Origin: Syntrophales bacterium
Lineage (GTDB): Bacteria; Desulfobacterota; Syntrophia; Syntrophales; UBA8958
Length of the DNA stretch: 64,000 nt
Reading direction: 5' to 3'
Assembly: GCA_026417625.1 (NCBI GenBank)
Contig: JAOACW010000007.1
Coordinates: 19,658 to 83,657, forward strand
The position numbers and the translations under genes were made by a program. The stretch's first letter is position 1, and each line of letters starts with the position of its first letter. Below, piece after piece: positions 1 to 9,047 of the stretch. The notes below the pieces were generated by a model, which was not told the origin of the DNA, ran no database searches, and was given only the letters and a program-made list of their open reading frames with translations.

Positions 1-1
1 A

Positions 2-1045
2 GAATTCCCTTTAGATCTATGGAACGTTATAGGAGAAGCAGGATTTCTCGGGCTCCTTATACCTAAAGAATACGGAGGTTCAGAAAAAGGTTACCTTGGG
101 ATGTGTCTCGTGGGCGAATCACTTGTGGCCAGTGGTCACAATCTTGGTCTTGTCCTATCGATAATTGTGCACAATGTTATTGCAAAGCTCGTATTTGATG
201 ATATCTCCTCTGAAAATATCAAGGATAAGTACTTGAGCCGCATTGCGTCCGGTCTATCCACTGTATCTTTTGCAATCTCCGAACCAGAAGTCGGTGCCCA
301 CCCAAAATACTTAAAAACAACCGCGGTAAAGAAAGAAGGAGGATTCTCAATAAGTGGTGAGAAATCTCACGTAACGAACGGTCCTATAGCTGATTATTTC
401 GTTGTCATTGCCATAACGGGCACTTCCGGTTATAGAAAAATGTTTTCCGCATTTATCGTCCCTTGTAATGCAGATGGCCTTACTCTAACGCAGGGGATCC
501 CTGTCAATTCTCTTCATCCAAGCCCCCACTGTGGTATAAAACTTGAGAACTGCTGGGTATCTGAAGATAATACAGTAATAGAAAATCACGCTTACGAGAA
601 GTTGGTCATACCATTTCGTAGTGCCGAAGATGTTGGACTAATGGGACCTATACTGGGAGGGATGTCATACCAGCTATCCCATGTTGTTGAAAAATTGAAA
701 GAGCATAATCGTATTAAAAATATAGGTGAGGCCGGCACGGAAACCCTGGGGCACATAGCCTACCTAGACCATACCTTGAGGCTCATCGCCTATGAGACAG
801 CATTAATACTGGATAAAAAAGAAGGAAAACATGACGTAACCCCCTTTGTTTTGTCGTTCCGCGCTCTATCCAGACGGCGCAGCAAGATCATTGAACGCTT
901 CGTAACTAAAAATAATATTCCAGTATGCGATGATTATGAAATCATCACAAGAGATTTGTGGCAGCTTATAAAGTTGGCTTCAAATGTGCTATTATTGAAA
1001 CAACGAAAAATAGGCGAGGAAACCATAAGATGCCATCAACCCTAG
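2..1045 (+). CDS. acyl-CoA dehydrogenase-family protein, 5' end cut by the window edge
   Basis: The frame is open from nt 2 (EFPLDLWNVIGEAGFLGLLIPKEYGGSEKGY...). It has an ACAD-like N-terminal and middle domain (ISEPEVGAHPKYLKT, SGEKSHVTNG). The C-terminal domain is divergent. Confidence 0.7.
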   Translation, partial: EFPLDLWNVIGEAGFLGLLIPKEYGGSEKGYLGMCLVGESLVASGHNLGLVLSIIVHNVIAKLVFDDISSENIKDKYLSRIASGLSTVSFAISEPEVGAHPKYLKTTAVKKEGGFSISGEKSHVTNGPIADYFVVIAITGTSGYRKMFSAFIVPCNADGLTLTQGIPVNSLHPSPHCGIKLENCWVSEDNTVIENHAYEKLVIPFRSAEDVGLMGPILGGMSYQLSHVVEKLKEHNRIKNIGEAGTETLGHIAYLDHTLRLIAYETALILDKKEGKHDVTPFVLSFRALSRRRSKIIERFVTKNNIPVCDDYEIITRDLWQLIKLASNVLLLKQRKIGEETIRCHQP

Positions 1046-1971
1046 ATCAAAAATTTTCTTCAATAGAAGCAGTGCAAAAAGGTTTTAGAGAAATTTCTTA
1101 CATAACAAGCAGACATGTAGCGACAACCGTATATCTAGCATACCATTTGGAAAAACCCATTTTGGTAGAGGGTCCTGCCGGAGTCGGAAAAACAGAACTG
1201 GCCAAAACTACGGCACAATACCTGGGCTTACCGCTAATAAGACTTCAGTGTTACGAGGGTCTTGATGAAGCAAAAGCACTGTACGAATGGAAATACGGAA
1301 AACAGCTGCTATACACGCAACTCCTCAAGGACAAACTTGACAGCATCATCAGTACTGAAGAGAGCTTCACGGCTTCCATCGAAAAGCTACACAGATACGA
1401 CGACATATTCTTCTCCTATGAATTTCTGGAACCCCGACCCCTATTAAAAGCGTTACAGCAGCGGGAGGGATCCGTTCTACTAGTAGATGAAATTGACAAG
1501 GCGGATGATGAATTTGAAGCCTTCCTTTTGGAAATACTCTCCGATTACCAGGTAACCATCCCCGAGATAGGAACTGTAAAGGCTGTGTCAAAACCTTTTG
1601 TCTTTCTAACAAGTAACAACACCCGGGAGTTAAGTGAAGCACTGAAAAGACGTTGCCTCCATCTGTTTATACCGTTCCCAACACCAGAATTGGAAAGAGA
1701 GATTATACGCGTACGTGTCCCCGGCATAGGGGAACGTCTCAACCACCAAATAGTTACCTTCATTCACGAGGTCCGGAAGCTCAATCTAAAAAAACTCCCC
1801 TCCATCAGTGAGACACTGGATTGGGCAAAGGTACTTCTCATGCTCAATGCAGAGTCGTTGAATCCCGAACTAGTGAAAGAAACACTCAATATTTTTTTAA
1901 AAAATGAAGAAGACATAGGCGTTGTGGAAGAAAAAAGGTACGAGCTGACAGCTATTGCCACAAAAAAGTAA
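1030..1971 (+). CDS. MoxR-like AAA+ ATPase
   Basis: Walker A GPAGVGKT, Walker B LLVDEIDKA, and a MoxR/CoxD-type LYEWKYGKQLL stretch. The ATG at 1030 overlaps the upstream stop by 16 nt. I rejected the ORF-track start at 958. Confidence 0.8.
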   Translation: MPSTLDQKFSSIEAVQKGFREISYITSRHVATTVYLAYHLEKPILVEGPAGVGKTELAKTTAQYLGLPLIRLQCYEGLDEAKALYEWKYGKQLLYTQLLKDKLDSIISTEESFTASIEKLHRYDDIFFSYEFLEPRPLLKALQQREGSVLLVDEIDKADDEFEAFLLEILSDYQVTIPEIGTVKAVSKPFVFLTSNNTRELSEALKRRCLHLFIPFPTPELEREIIRVRVPGIGERLNHQIVTFIHEVRKLNLKKLPSISETLDWAKVLLMLNAESLNPELVKETLNIFLKNEEDIGVVEEKRYELTAIATKK

Positions 1972-2018
1972 ACCTATTGGGAGAAATTTTCAAAATCTCG
2001 TAATGGAATTATACAAAT

Positions 2019-2034
2019 CGGAACAATATTTGCA
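2019..2034 (+). promoter_or_regulatory. candidate sigma54 (-24/-12) promoter, CGGAACAATATTTGCA
   Basis: GG-N10-GC spacing is exact and the -12 TTGCA is good. The base before GG is C instead of T. It lies 28 nt upstream of the kinase ATG at 2061. Confidence 0.45.
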
Positions 2035-2060
2035 TTAAGTAATATATCTGGGGTTATCAG

Positions 2061-4487
2061 ATGAAACTTTTTGATGTTCTTAATAGTCCACGTTACGGTG
2101 CACAATCCAACGAAGACATTGAAGTCCTGCGGGAGATTGTAAACTACTACCGATCTCTCATTGCTATAATGCCCGGTATCGTTTACCGTCTTGACGATCA
2201 AGGTAGAATAATAAGCATTTCTGATGGTATCAAACAGCTCGGCTACGAACCAGATGAGCTAATTGGCAAACCTTTTGTAGACCTCATTCATCCTCAAGAC
2301 CGATTCAAATCACCGTACAACTTCGTTGAGAAAAGCATAGGGGAAAGGAGAATAAAAAATCTTGAAGTGAGATTTCTAGTCAAAAGTACGGGCAATCTTA
2401 ACAATGAGATAACTTACAGAACCATGCTCCTCAATGCAAGAGGTCAATGGAACGTTCCTGATGAAGAGATCCACAGAAAGGATAAAAAATTCATCTGCAC
2501 CCAGGGTATTGCCGTAGATATCACCGAACAGAAAAAAACAGCATTACATTTAAAACAGGCAGCTGAAAATTTCCGTAACTTCATTGAGGAGTCAACGCTA
2601 GGAATCCGCATAGTAACTCCTGAAGGCAAAACAATCTATGCAAATAAAGCTTTCCTGGATCTTTACGGTTACGATGATTTAGAGGAATTCAAAAGGACAC
2701 CAGTTGAACAACGTTACACAAAAGAATCACTGGAGCTCCATTACAAAAGAAGAGAACTTAGAAAGAAAGGCATAGCAGATCCTTCTGAATATGAAGTGGA
2801 TATTATCCGAAAGGACGGGCAGGTGAGACACCTCAAAGTCTTTCGTAAAGCGATACAGTGGGATAACAACTGGCACTATCAGGTGATTTACGAAGACCAG
2901 ACAGAACTGAAAAAGGCTCACGAATTCCTTTCGAAAAAAGAGAAATTTTTTAGAGCCATTATCGAAAATACGTCGGATGTTATTCTCATCATTAACGAAA
3001 ATGGGTTCATAAGCTACGTAAGCCCTTCCGTTGTGACTATACTTGACTACCAGCTTGACGAGCTCATAGAAAAAGAACTGTGGGCCATCGTCGCAGATGA
3101 AGACATTCCCCGACTAAAAGCAGAAATAGAGGTGGCTTTTTCCACGCAAGAGACTCCGATCCCAATTCATTGCCGTTGCAAAACCAAACGTGGTACACAA
3201 AAATTTTTATCCGGAGTGGCAAAAAACCTTTCTCATATTTCAGCTGTCGGTGGGATGATCATTAACTTACGGGATGTTACAGAAGAAAAACGCGCAGAAG
3301 ATGAGAAACGCCGGCTTGAATCGCAGCTCATTCAGGCTCGCAAAATGGAAGCTATAGGGACATTGGCAGCCGGCATTGCTCACGAGTTTAACAATCTACT
3401 CATGGGCATTCAGGGCTACACCTCTCTTATGCTTCTAAGTACCGATATTTCCCATGCGCATTACGAGAAACTTCGCGGTATTGAAAAACAGGTACAAATC
3501 GGCGCGGAACTAACAAAGCAGCTCCTTGCTTTTTCTAGACAGGGGCGTTACGAAGTGGAACCAACAGATCTAAACAGGTTGATCAGTAGAATGGTATCCA
3601 TATTCGGGAAAACAAAAAAAGAAATCCGTTTCCACGAAAATTATCAAGAAGGTTTGTACCTCATCGACGCTGATCAGGGTCAGATGGAACAAGTTTTTTT
3701 AAATCTCTTAATCAATGCCTCGCAGTCTATGCCCGCCGGAGGTAATGTTTACGTTAAAACAGAAAATATTTTCATTGACACCTCCTTTGCAGCACCATAC
3801 AAAATTCCACCTGGAAACTACGTAAAGATAACCTTCAAGGATACAGGAACTGGAATAGACGAAGAAACAAAAAAGAGAATCTTTGAACCTTTCTTTACAA
3901 CAAAAGAAATGGGTAGAGGAACAGGTCTCGGTCTAGCAACAATATACGGTATAATAAAAGGACATAGTGGATTCATTGACGTAGAAAGCGAACCTGGACA
4001 AGGTACCACCTTTATAATTTACCTGCCAGCATCTAAGCGATCATCAACATTGCGAAATAATAATCTAAGGGAAGAAACCGCAAGAGGCAACGAAACAATA
4101 CTCGTTATTGACGATGAAAGAACGGTATTGGAAGTAACAGCAGAAATGCTTGCGAGTCTTGGTTACAGAGTTTTGACAGCTGAAAATGGAGAATCAGCGC
4201 TGACAATTTTTAGCGAAAAAAACAAAGAGATACAACTCATTATCATGGACATGATAATGCCAGATATTAGTGCCGCGGAGCTTTATGAACGGATAAGAGA
4301 AATCAATCCTGAGGTTAAAGTGATTTTAGCCAGCGGCTATAGCATGAATGGTCTAGCCAGATCTATTTTAGAAAAAGGGGTTAAAGCTTTCATCCAAAAA
4401 CCTTACCGCCTGAGCGAGCTTTCAACAAAAGTAAGAAACGTCCTCGATGAATCGACAGCGAATACCTTTTACACAGTTAATGAATAA
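2061..4487 (+). CDS. hybrid sensor histidine kinase (PAS repeats - HisKA - HATPase - REC)
   Basis: H-box GIAHEFNNLL, N-box LLINASQSM, G-boxes DTGTGID and GTGLGL. The C-terminal receiver has ILVIDDE...IIMDMIMP. Confidence 0.9.
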   Translation: MKLFDVLNSPRYGAQSNEDIEVLREIVNYYRSLIAIMPGIVYRLDDQGRIISISDGIKQLGYEPDELIGKPFVDLIHPQDRFKSPYNFVEKSIGERRIKNLEVRFLVKSTGNLNNEITYRTMLLNARGQWNVPDEEIHRKDKKFICTQGIAVDITEQKKTALHLKQAAENFRNFIEESTLGIRIVTPEGKTIYANKAFLDLYGYDDLEEFKRTPVEQRYTKESLELHYKRRELRKKGIADPSEYEVDIIRKDGQVRHLKVFRKAIQWDNNWHYQVIYEDQTELKKAHEFLSKKEKFFRAIIENTSDVILIINENGFISYVSPSVVTILDYQLDELIEKELWAIVADEDIPRLKAEIEVAFSTQETPIPIHCRCKTKRGTQKFLSGVAKNLSHISAVGGMIINLRDVTEEKRAEDEKRRLESQLIQARKMEAIGTLAAGIAHEFNNLLMGIQGYTSLMLLSTDISHAHYEKLRGIEKQVQIGAELTKQLLAFSRQGRYEVEPTDLNRLISRMVSIFGKTKKEIRFHENYQEGLYLIDADQGQMEQVFLNLLINASQSMPAGGNVYVKTENIFIDTSFAAPYKIPPGNYVKITFKDTGTGIDEETKKRIFEPFFTTKEMGRGTGLGLATIYGIIKGHSGFIDVESEPGQGTTFIIYLPASKRSSTLRNNNLREETARGNETILVIDDERTVLEVTAEMLASLGYRVLTAENGESALTIFSEKNKEIQLIIMDMIMPDISAAELYERIREINPEVKVILASGYSMNGLARSILEKGVKAFIQKPYRLSELSTKVRNVLDESTANTFYTVNE

Positions 4488-5212
4488 AGTCTCAACACTT
4501 TAGAAACGTAATTTCTTGTTTCTTCAGGCATTTTATCAAAATATTCATCGACATTACCTGGACCCCAGTTATAAGCAGCTAAGGCCTTTATCAGGTCCCC
4601 ACCGTATCTATCAATGAGTCTCCTTAAATAGGAGGTTCCAGCCATGATGTTTTCCACAGGATTATAGGGATCACTTACGCCTAACTCTTTAGCCGTCTCA
4701 GGCATCAGTTGCATAAGACCCATCGCACCTTTAGGGGAAACGGCATCCACCCTAAATGCACTTTCTACCTGAATAACACTTTTTATCAAAGCCTCATCAA
4801 TACCGTATTTTTTCGATGCTTCTTCAATGATACTATCGAACGGTGTAGAAAACTGATAACCCCCGAGTTCCTCAAAACGTTGACGATAATTTGACATTGA
4901 GAGATACTTTTTTACTCCGGCAAGAAACATTTCATTCCGAGAAACACCTTCTTCAGCAAGATCTCCCATCTCTTTTAACGTAAGGGATACACAGTGTCGC
5001 CTCCAAAAAAACCGCAAATAACTTTCACTGGCAACTCTTTCTAAATCAACGGGGGAGTTAAGAATATCTTTTAATAAACATTTGAAATTACTTGTATTTT
5101 TTTCTTTACATCCATTAAATATTTTCTCTTGATTACTCGCTTTTGGTTCCACAACCTGATTAACTTTGCCGATGGATTTGCTACAATCAATACTCATTAA
5201 AATACTCTCCAC
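4469..5212 (-). CDS. SLT-domain lytic transglycosylase with no obvious signal peptide
   Basis: Goose-lysozyme-like SLT motifs VIQVESAF, AMGLMQLMP and AYNWGPGNV. The N-terminus MESILMSIDCSKSIGKVNQ is not hydrophobic. Confidence 0.8.
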   Translation of the reverse strand: MESILMSIDCSKSIGKVNQVVEPKASNQEKIFNGCKEKNTSNFKCLLKDILNSPVDLERVASESYLRFFWRRHCVSLTLKEMGDLAEEGVSRNEMFLAGVKKYLSMSNYRQRFEELGGYQFSTPFDSIIEEASKKYGIDEALIKSVIQVESAFRVDAVSPKGAMGLMQLMPETAKELGVSDPYNPVENIMAGTSYLRRLIDRYGGDLIKALAAYNWGPGNVDEYFDKMPEETRNYVSKVLRLYSLTV

Positions 5213-5240
5213 CCTCTTCTAATTTACCCAAAAGAGCCAA

Positions 5241-5256
5241 ATCAAATTTCATGCCA
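5241..5256 (-). promoter_or_regulatory. weak sigma54-like promoter, TGGCATGAAATTTGAT
   Basis: Correct GG-N10 spacing, but the -12 element is TTGA rather than TTGC. It lies 30 nt upstream of the SLT start at 5212. Confidence 0.3.
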
Positions 5257-5294
5257 TATTGGAATAACAAAACGGGGTTCAATTGGGAGAGTTT

Positions 5295-6797
5295 TTACTC
5301 TGGAGAGGCAACTGCCTTTTTAAAATATTCGAAAATCTGAGGGTCAAATTGGCTACCAATATTTCGCTCAATTTCTTTAATCGCCCAGCCTCTATCCTGG
5401 GCCATTCTGTATGGACGGTTATTAGTCATGGCATCATAAGCATCAGCCATAGCTATAATACGAGAAAGGAGGGGAATATCTTCACCACATAGATTGGTAG
5501 GATAACCTTTACCATCCCATCTCTCGTGGTGATGAAGTATGATCTTTCTCTCTTTTTCAAAAAGAGCAATGGAAGCAAGCATTTTTTCTCCTATCTCTGA
5601 ATGCGTTTTTATAATGGAATACTCCTCTTCGGTGAGTTTCCCTTTTTTTAATAAAATGGAATCAGGAATTCCAATCTTCCCGATATCATGAAGAGAAGCG
5701 GCGATTTTCAAAGTTTCCATGTCCTGTTCAGGAAGACCCAACAACTTTGCAGTCTCGAGAGAAACTTTTGTGACGCGCATACAATGCTGCTCTGTATAGT
5801 CATCCCTCAACTGAATAGACGAAATGAGAGCACGGAAAGTATCAAGGACGTTACTGTATAGACTCTCGTACAGAAGTCTGTTTTCTATGTTAAGGGATGC
5901 TCTTCTTGCCAAACTTGTCACATAGTGCAAATCCTTACTACCAAAGGAACCCATATAGGGTTTTCTTTTGACAGTGAGCACTCCAAACACATACCCCCTT
6001 ATGGTCAGTGGTACCACAATTAGAGAAGGTGAAATTTCCGGCAATTCAAAAGAATTAACTAACAGGGCTTCCTTTTTTTCAAAAACTTGATACAGAAATG
6101 GAGTTAATGCCTCTGGCGGGATATCTTCTTTCACAACTCCATAAGTCGTTCGCAGCACTTTAGTGTAAAAATCACCAATTTGTGAATCGTATATCACTAT
6201 CCTGCATACATCACCATCCACTACCCTTATAGCCAATTCCGCCATTTTGCTAAATATCTCCTCATTGTTTCCCTCAAGATTCTCGAGTGATTCGTAAATG
6301 TAACTCTGAATAGAATAATCAAAGGATTTTTTCTCCGCAGATTGGAAAACTCCCGAAGTATCAGAGTGACTTTCCAAATCTAAACATTTTGACCTTAGAC
6401 AAACGTCAACCTTGTAAGTTAATTCGTTCAACTGAAAAGGTTTAGGGAGAAAATCTACCGCTCCCAATTTCAAAGCATTAACAGCAATATCAGTTGCTGG
6501 TTTTGCAGTAATAACGATGACAGAAGTACTTGGGGATACCTCCTTCAACCGCTGAAGAAGATTTATCCCATCTATATATGGCATTACAATATCAGTGATA
6601 ACAAGATCAAACTGGTCCTCCTTTATTATCTTCAATGCTTCATTTCCATTGCGAGCCTCACATATGTATCTGTATCCATGCTGCTTAAGCTCTTCTACTA
6701 TAAGTTCTCTAGTGGAATCATCATCATCAACAACCAGAATCCTTCGAGTGTAAACCGATACATCATCTGGAACAGTCTGCAAAATCACAGGAACCAC
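5295..6797 (-). CDS. response regulator: REC - GAF-like - HD-GYP (c-di-GMP phosphodiesterase type)
   Basis: Receiver motifs RILVVDDDD and DLVITDIVMP. HD-GYP motifs SLHDIGKIGIP and HHHERWDGKGYP. Confidence 0.85.
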   Translation of the reverse strand: MVPVILQTVPDDVSVYTRRILVVDDDDSTRELIVEELKQHGYRYICEARNGNEALKIIKEDQFDLVITDIVMPYIDGINLLQRLKEVSPSTSVIVITAKPATDIAVNALKLGAVDFLPKPFQLNELTYKVDVCLRSKCLDLESHSDTSGVFQSAEKKSFDYSIQSYIYESLENLEGNNEEIFSKMAELAIRVVDGDVCRIVIYDSQIGDFYTKVLRTTYGVVKEDIPPEALTPFLYQVFEKKEALLVNSFELPEISPSLIVVPLTIRGYVFGVLTVKRKPYMGSFGSKDLHYVTSLARRASLNIENRLLYESLYSNVLDTFRALISSIQLRDDYTEQHCMRVTKVSLETAKLLGLPEQDMETLKIAASLHDIGKIGIPDSILLKKGKLTEEEYSIIKTHSEIGEKMLASIALFEKERKIILHHHERWDGKGYPTNLCGEDIPLLSRIIAMADAYDAMTNNRPYRMAQDRGWAIKEIERNIGSQFDPQIFEYFKKAVASPE

Positions 6798-6809
6798 TAT
6801 CGAAATTCC

Positions 6810-7034
6810 TTACTTAGGAGATCTTTTTTTACTTAAGAGATCAAGCAAACTGTAAGAAATCTTGGAAAAACCTTCGGCCTTCAAGTTCTCATCTCTGGAT
6901 AACGTTACTGTGTCTACATGCTGATCCCGCGGGAGAACTTCGTCACCATTCTCAAAACGAACATGACTTCTCGTATGTTTAGTATACGTTTTTATTACAG
7001 CATCCACCTGATAAGAAGAGATTGTCACGTACAC
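6810..7034 (-). CDS. small hypothetical protein (74 aa), sigma28-dependent
   Basis: The ORF sits 35 nt downstream of a near-consensus sigma28 promoter. It has a weak FlgM-like stretch (DTVTLSRDENLKAE versus ERVSLSDRAKEFNE in FlgM). Function is unknown. Confidence 0.5.
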   Translation of the reverse strand: MYVTISSYQVDAVIKTYTKHTRSHVRFENGDEVLPRDQHVDTVTLSRDENLKAEGFSKISYSLLDLLSKKRSPK

Positions 7035-7068
7035 ACCTCTCTTCGAGTTAACTACTACCGCATTTCAT

Positions 7069-7096
7069 TAATCGGCATACTGCCATTTAAACTTTA
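7069..7096 (-). promoter_or_regulatory. sigma28 (FliA) promoter, TAAAGTTT-N12-GCCGATTA
   Basis: Read on the minus strand as TAAAGTTT AAATGGCAGTAT GCCGATTA. It has the same spacing as five other sites in the window. Confidence 0.75.
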
Positions 7097-7126
7097 GCTC
7101 AAATTTTCCTAATTTTTAACCTCGTA

Positions 7127-7142
7127 TGGCACAGTATTTGAT
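7127..7142 (+). promoter_or_regulatory. weak sigma54-like promoter, TGGCACAGTATTTGAT
   Basis: Perfect -24 TGGCAC and correct spacing, but the -12 element is TTGA rather than TTGC. If it is used, the TPR gene must start at ATG 7181 rather than TTG 7145. Confidence 0.3.
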
Positions 7143-7144
7143 GT

Positions 7145-7921
7145 TTGGATTTCTTCAAAAAGAAAAGGAAAACATCTTATATGACAGAAACAATAAAACG
7201 CGATGCAGCAAATGAAATGCTTAGGCTTCTGAACACGTGTAAAGTTCATCTGAAAAAACAGAACTTGTACTCCTGTCTTATCAATTTCCGGGAAGTCCTG
7301 AAAAAAGCTCTCAGTACAAAAATGCTAGCTCAAGATGAGAAACAGGTGCTAGAAGAAATAAACAGTTTCCAAAAAGCTCTTTTTGACTCCAAGATCTACC
7401 GAGATTTCTTCGGACCAGCTACATTTCACAACAATGATTTGAAAACCACCCTCGATTTCATAAACATGCTCATAGATGTGGAAGAAGAGGAAATACGGGA
7501 TAAATCAAAAACCCTCAACGACAGTCAAATAGTTGACAGTTTCGTCGGCAATTTGAGCCTAGAGGAAAAAATTTCCTTCGCAAAAGCTGCTCTCGACAGA
7601 GGCGATTTAGGAAAAGCCCAGGAAATACTGGAAGGCGATGAGGAAGCTGCCAATATGCTGTTCGAGCTTTTGGTGGACCTGGGCATCAGATTTCGTAAGA
7701 AAAGGGAATTTGAAAAAGCCATTAGAGAATACCACAAAGCCCTTCTTATTTATCCCGACGATGAGTGTGTGTACTACAATATGGCAAGAGCCTATTTGGA
7801 AATGGGAGCTTTCGATCTCGCTGAGATAGCTATTGAAAAAGCATTAGAATTAAATCCCAATTTTACGCAGGCAATAGAATTAAGAAAATACTTAAAACAC
7901 CAAACGTCAAAAATCCATTAA
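7145..7921 (+). CDS. TPR-repeat protein, first gene of the glycosylation island
   Basis: C-terminal TPR units (AIREYHKALLIYPDDECVYYNMARAYLEMGAFDLAEIAIEKALELNPN). The start may be ATG 7181. Confidence 0.7.
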   Translation: MDFFKKKRKTSYMTETIKRDAANEMLRLLNTCKVHLKKQNLYSCLINFREVLKKALSTKMLAQDEKQVLEEINSFQKALFDSKIYRDFFGPATFHNNDLKTTLDFINMLIDVEEEEIRDKSKTLNDSQIVDSFVGNLSLEEKISFAKAALDRGDLGKAQEILEGDEEAANMLFELLVDLGIRFRKKREFEKAIREYHKALLIYPDDECVYYNMARAYLEMGAFDLAEIAIEKALELNPNFTQAIELRKYLKHQTSKIH

Positions 7922-7931
7922 AGGGCGAACC

Positions 7932-9047
7932 ATGTACAATTCAAATACAATATACGTGACAAAACCTAGTTTGCCCCCTCTTGAAGAAGTCATAGAGATT
8001 TTAAAGAAGATCTGGGAGTCAAGATGGCTTACCAATAATGGACCTTACCATCAGATGTTTGAAAAAGCCCTTTCTGAATATCTTGGAGTAAAATACATAT
8101 CCCTTTTCGCAAATGGCACACTTGCGTTAATGACAGCACTGCAGGCACTCCGCATCACTGGAGAAGTAATAACAACCCCATACAGTTTTGCAGCTACAAC
8201 ACACGCACTACACTGGAATGGTATAACTCCTGTCTTTTGTGATATTGAACCGAACTTTTGTAATATAAATCCCGAAAAAATAGAATCTCTTATCACACCA
8301 AGGACCACGGCAATACTGGCTGTGCATGTATACGGAAATCCCTGCGACGTTTACAGAATTCAGGAGATAGCGGATATATATGGACTAAAAGTCATTTATG
8401 ACGCCTGCCATGCCTTTGGTGTGAAACTAAACGGGGACTCCATCTTGAACTTCGGTGATCTTTCCGTGTTGAGTTTTCATGCAACAAAAGTTTTTACAAC
8501 CTTCGAAGGTGGTGCAATAGTCTGCCATGACGAGAAAATGAAAAAAAGAATAGACTTTCTAAAAAATTTTGGATTTGCAGACGAAGTCACCGTGGTTGGT
8601 CCAGGCATAAACGCAAAAATGAACGAGTTTCAAGCAGCTTTAGGTCTTCTCCAATTGAAGTACATCGACTCATCTATAGAAAAAAGAAAAAAGTTATCTG
8701 AAATATATGCAAATAAGCTTTCTAACGCAAGTGGCATAAGAACAATTAAGTATCAAAATCATATCAGACACAATTTTCAATACTTTCCGATATTTATTGA
8801 TAGGAAAAAATTTGGAAAAAATAGAGACGAAGTGTACGATAAACTGAAAAAAAATAATATCCATTCTAGAAGATACTTCTACCCATTGATAAGCCAATTC
8901 CCCACATATAGAGGGTTACCGTCAGCGTCTCCCAGCAATCTTCCCGTAGCGGAAAAGATAACAAATGAAGTTTTATGTCTGCCAATGTACGATAGGTTAA
9001 CCGAAGAAGAAATCAATCAAATCTGTGAGATAATAATGGATAGGTAG
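7932..9047 (+). CDS. DegT/DnrJ/EryC1/StrS-family sugar aminotransferase (PLP)
   Basis: Family-typical N-terminus LPPLEEV...WLTNNGP and the PLP-lysine context SFHATKVFTTFEGG. Confidence 0.9.
   Translation: MYNSNTIYVTKPSLPPLEEVIEILKKIWESRWLTNNGPYHQMFEKALSEYLGVKYISLFANGTLALMTALQALRITGEVITTPYSFAATTHALHWNGITPVFCDIEPNFCNINPEKIESLITPRTTAILAVHVYGNPCDVYRIQEIADIYGLKVIYDACHAFGVKLNGDSILNFGDLSVLSFHATKVFTTFEGGAIVCHDEKMKKRIDFLKNFGFADEVTVVGPGINAKMNEFQAALGLLQLKYIDSSIEKRKKLSEIYANKLSNASGIRTIKYQNHIRHNFQYFPIFIDRKKFGKNRDEVYDKLKKNNIHSRRYFYPLISQFPTYRGLPSASPSNLPVAEKITNEVLCLPMYDRLTEEEINQICEIIMDR

Noticed and set aside
958-1029. The ORF-track start at 958 for the MoxR ATPase.
   Set aside because: It would add 24 residues that overlap the ACAD-like C-terminus by 88 nt. 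ATG 1030 gives a normal MoxR N-terminus.
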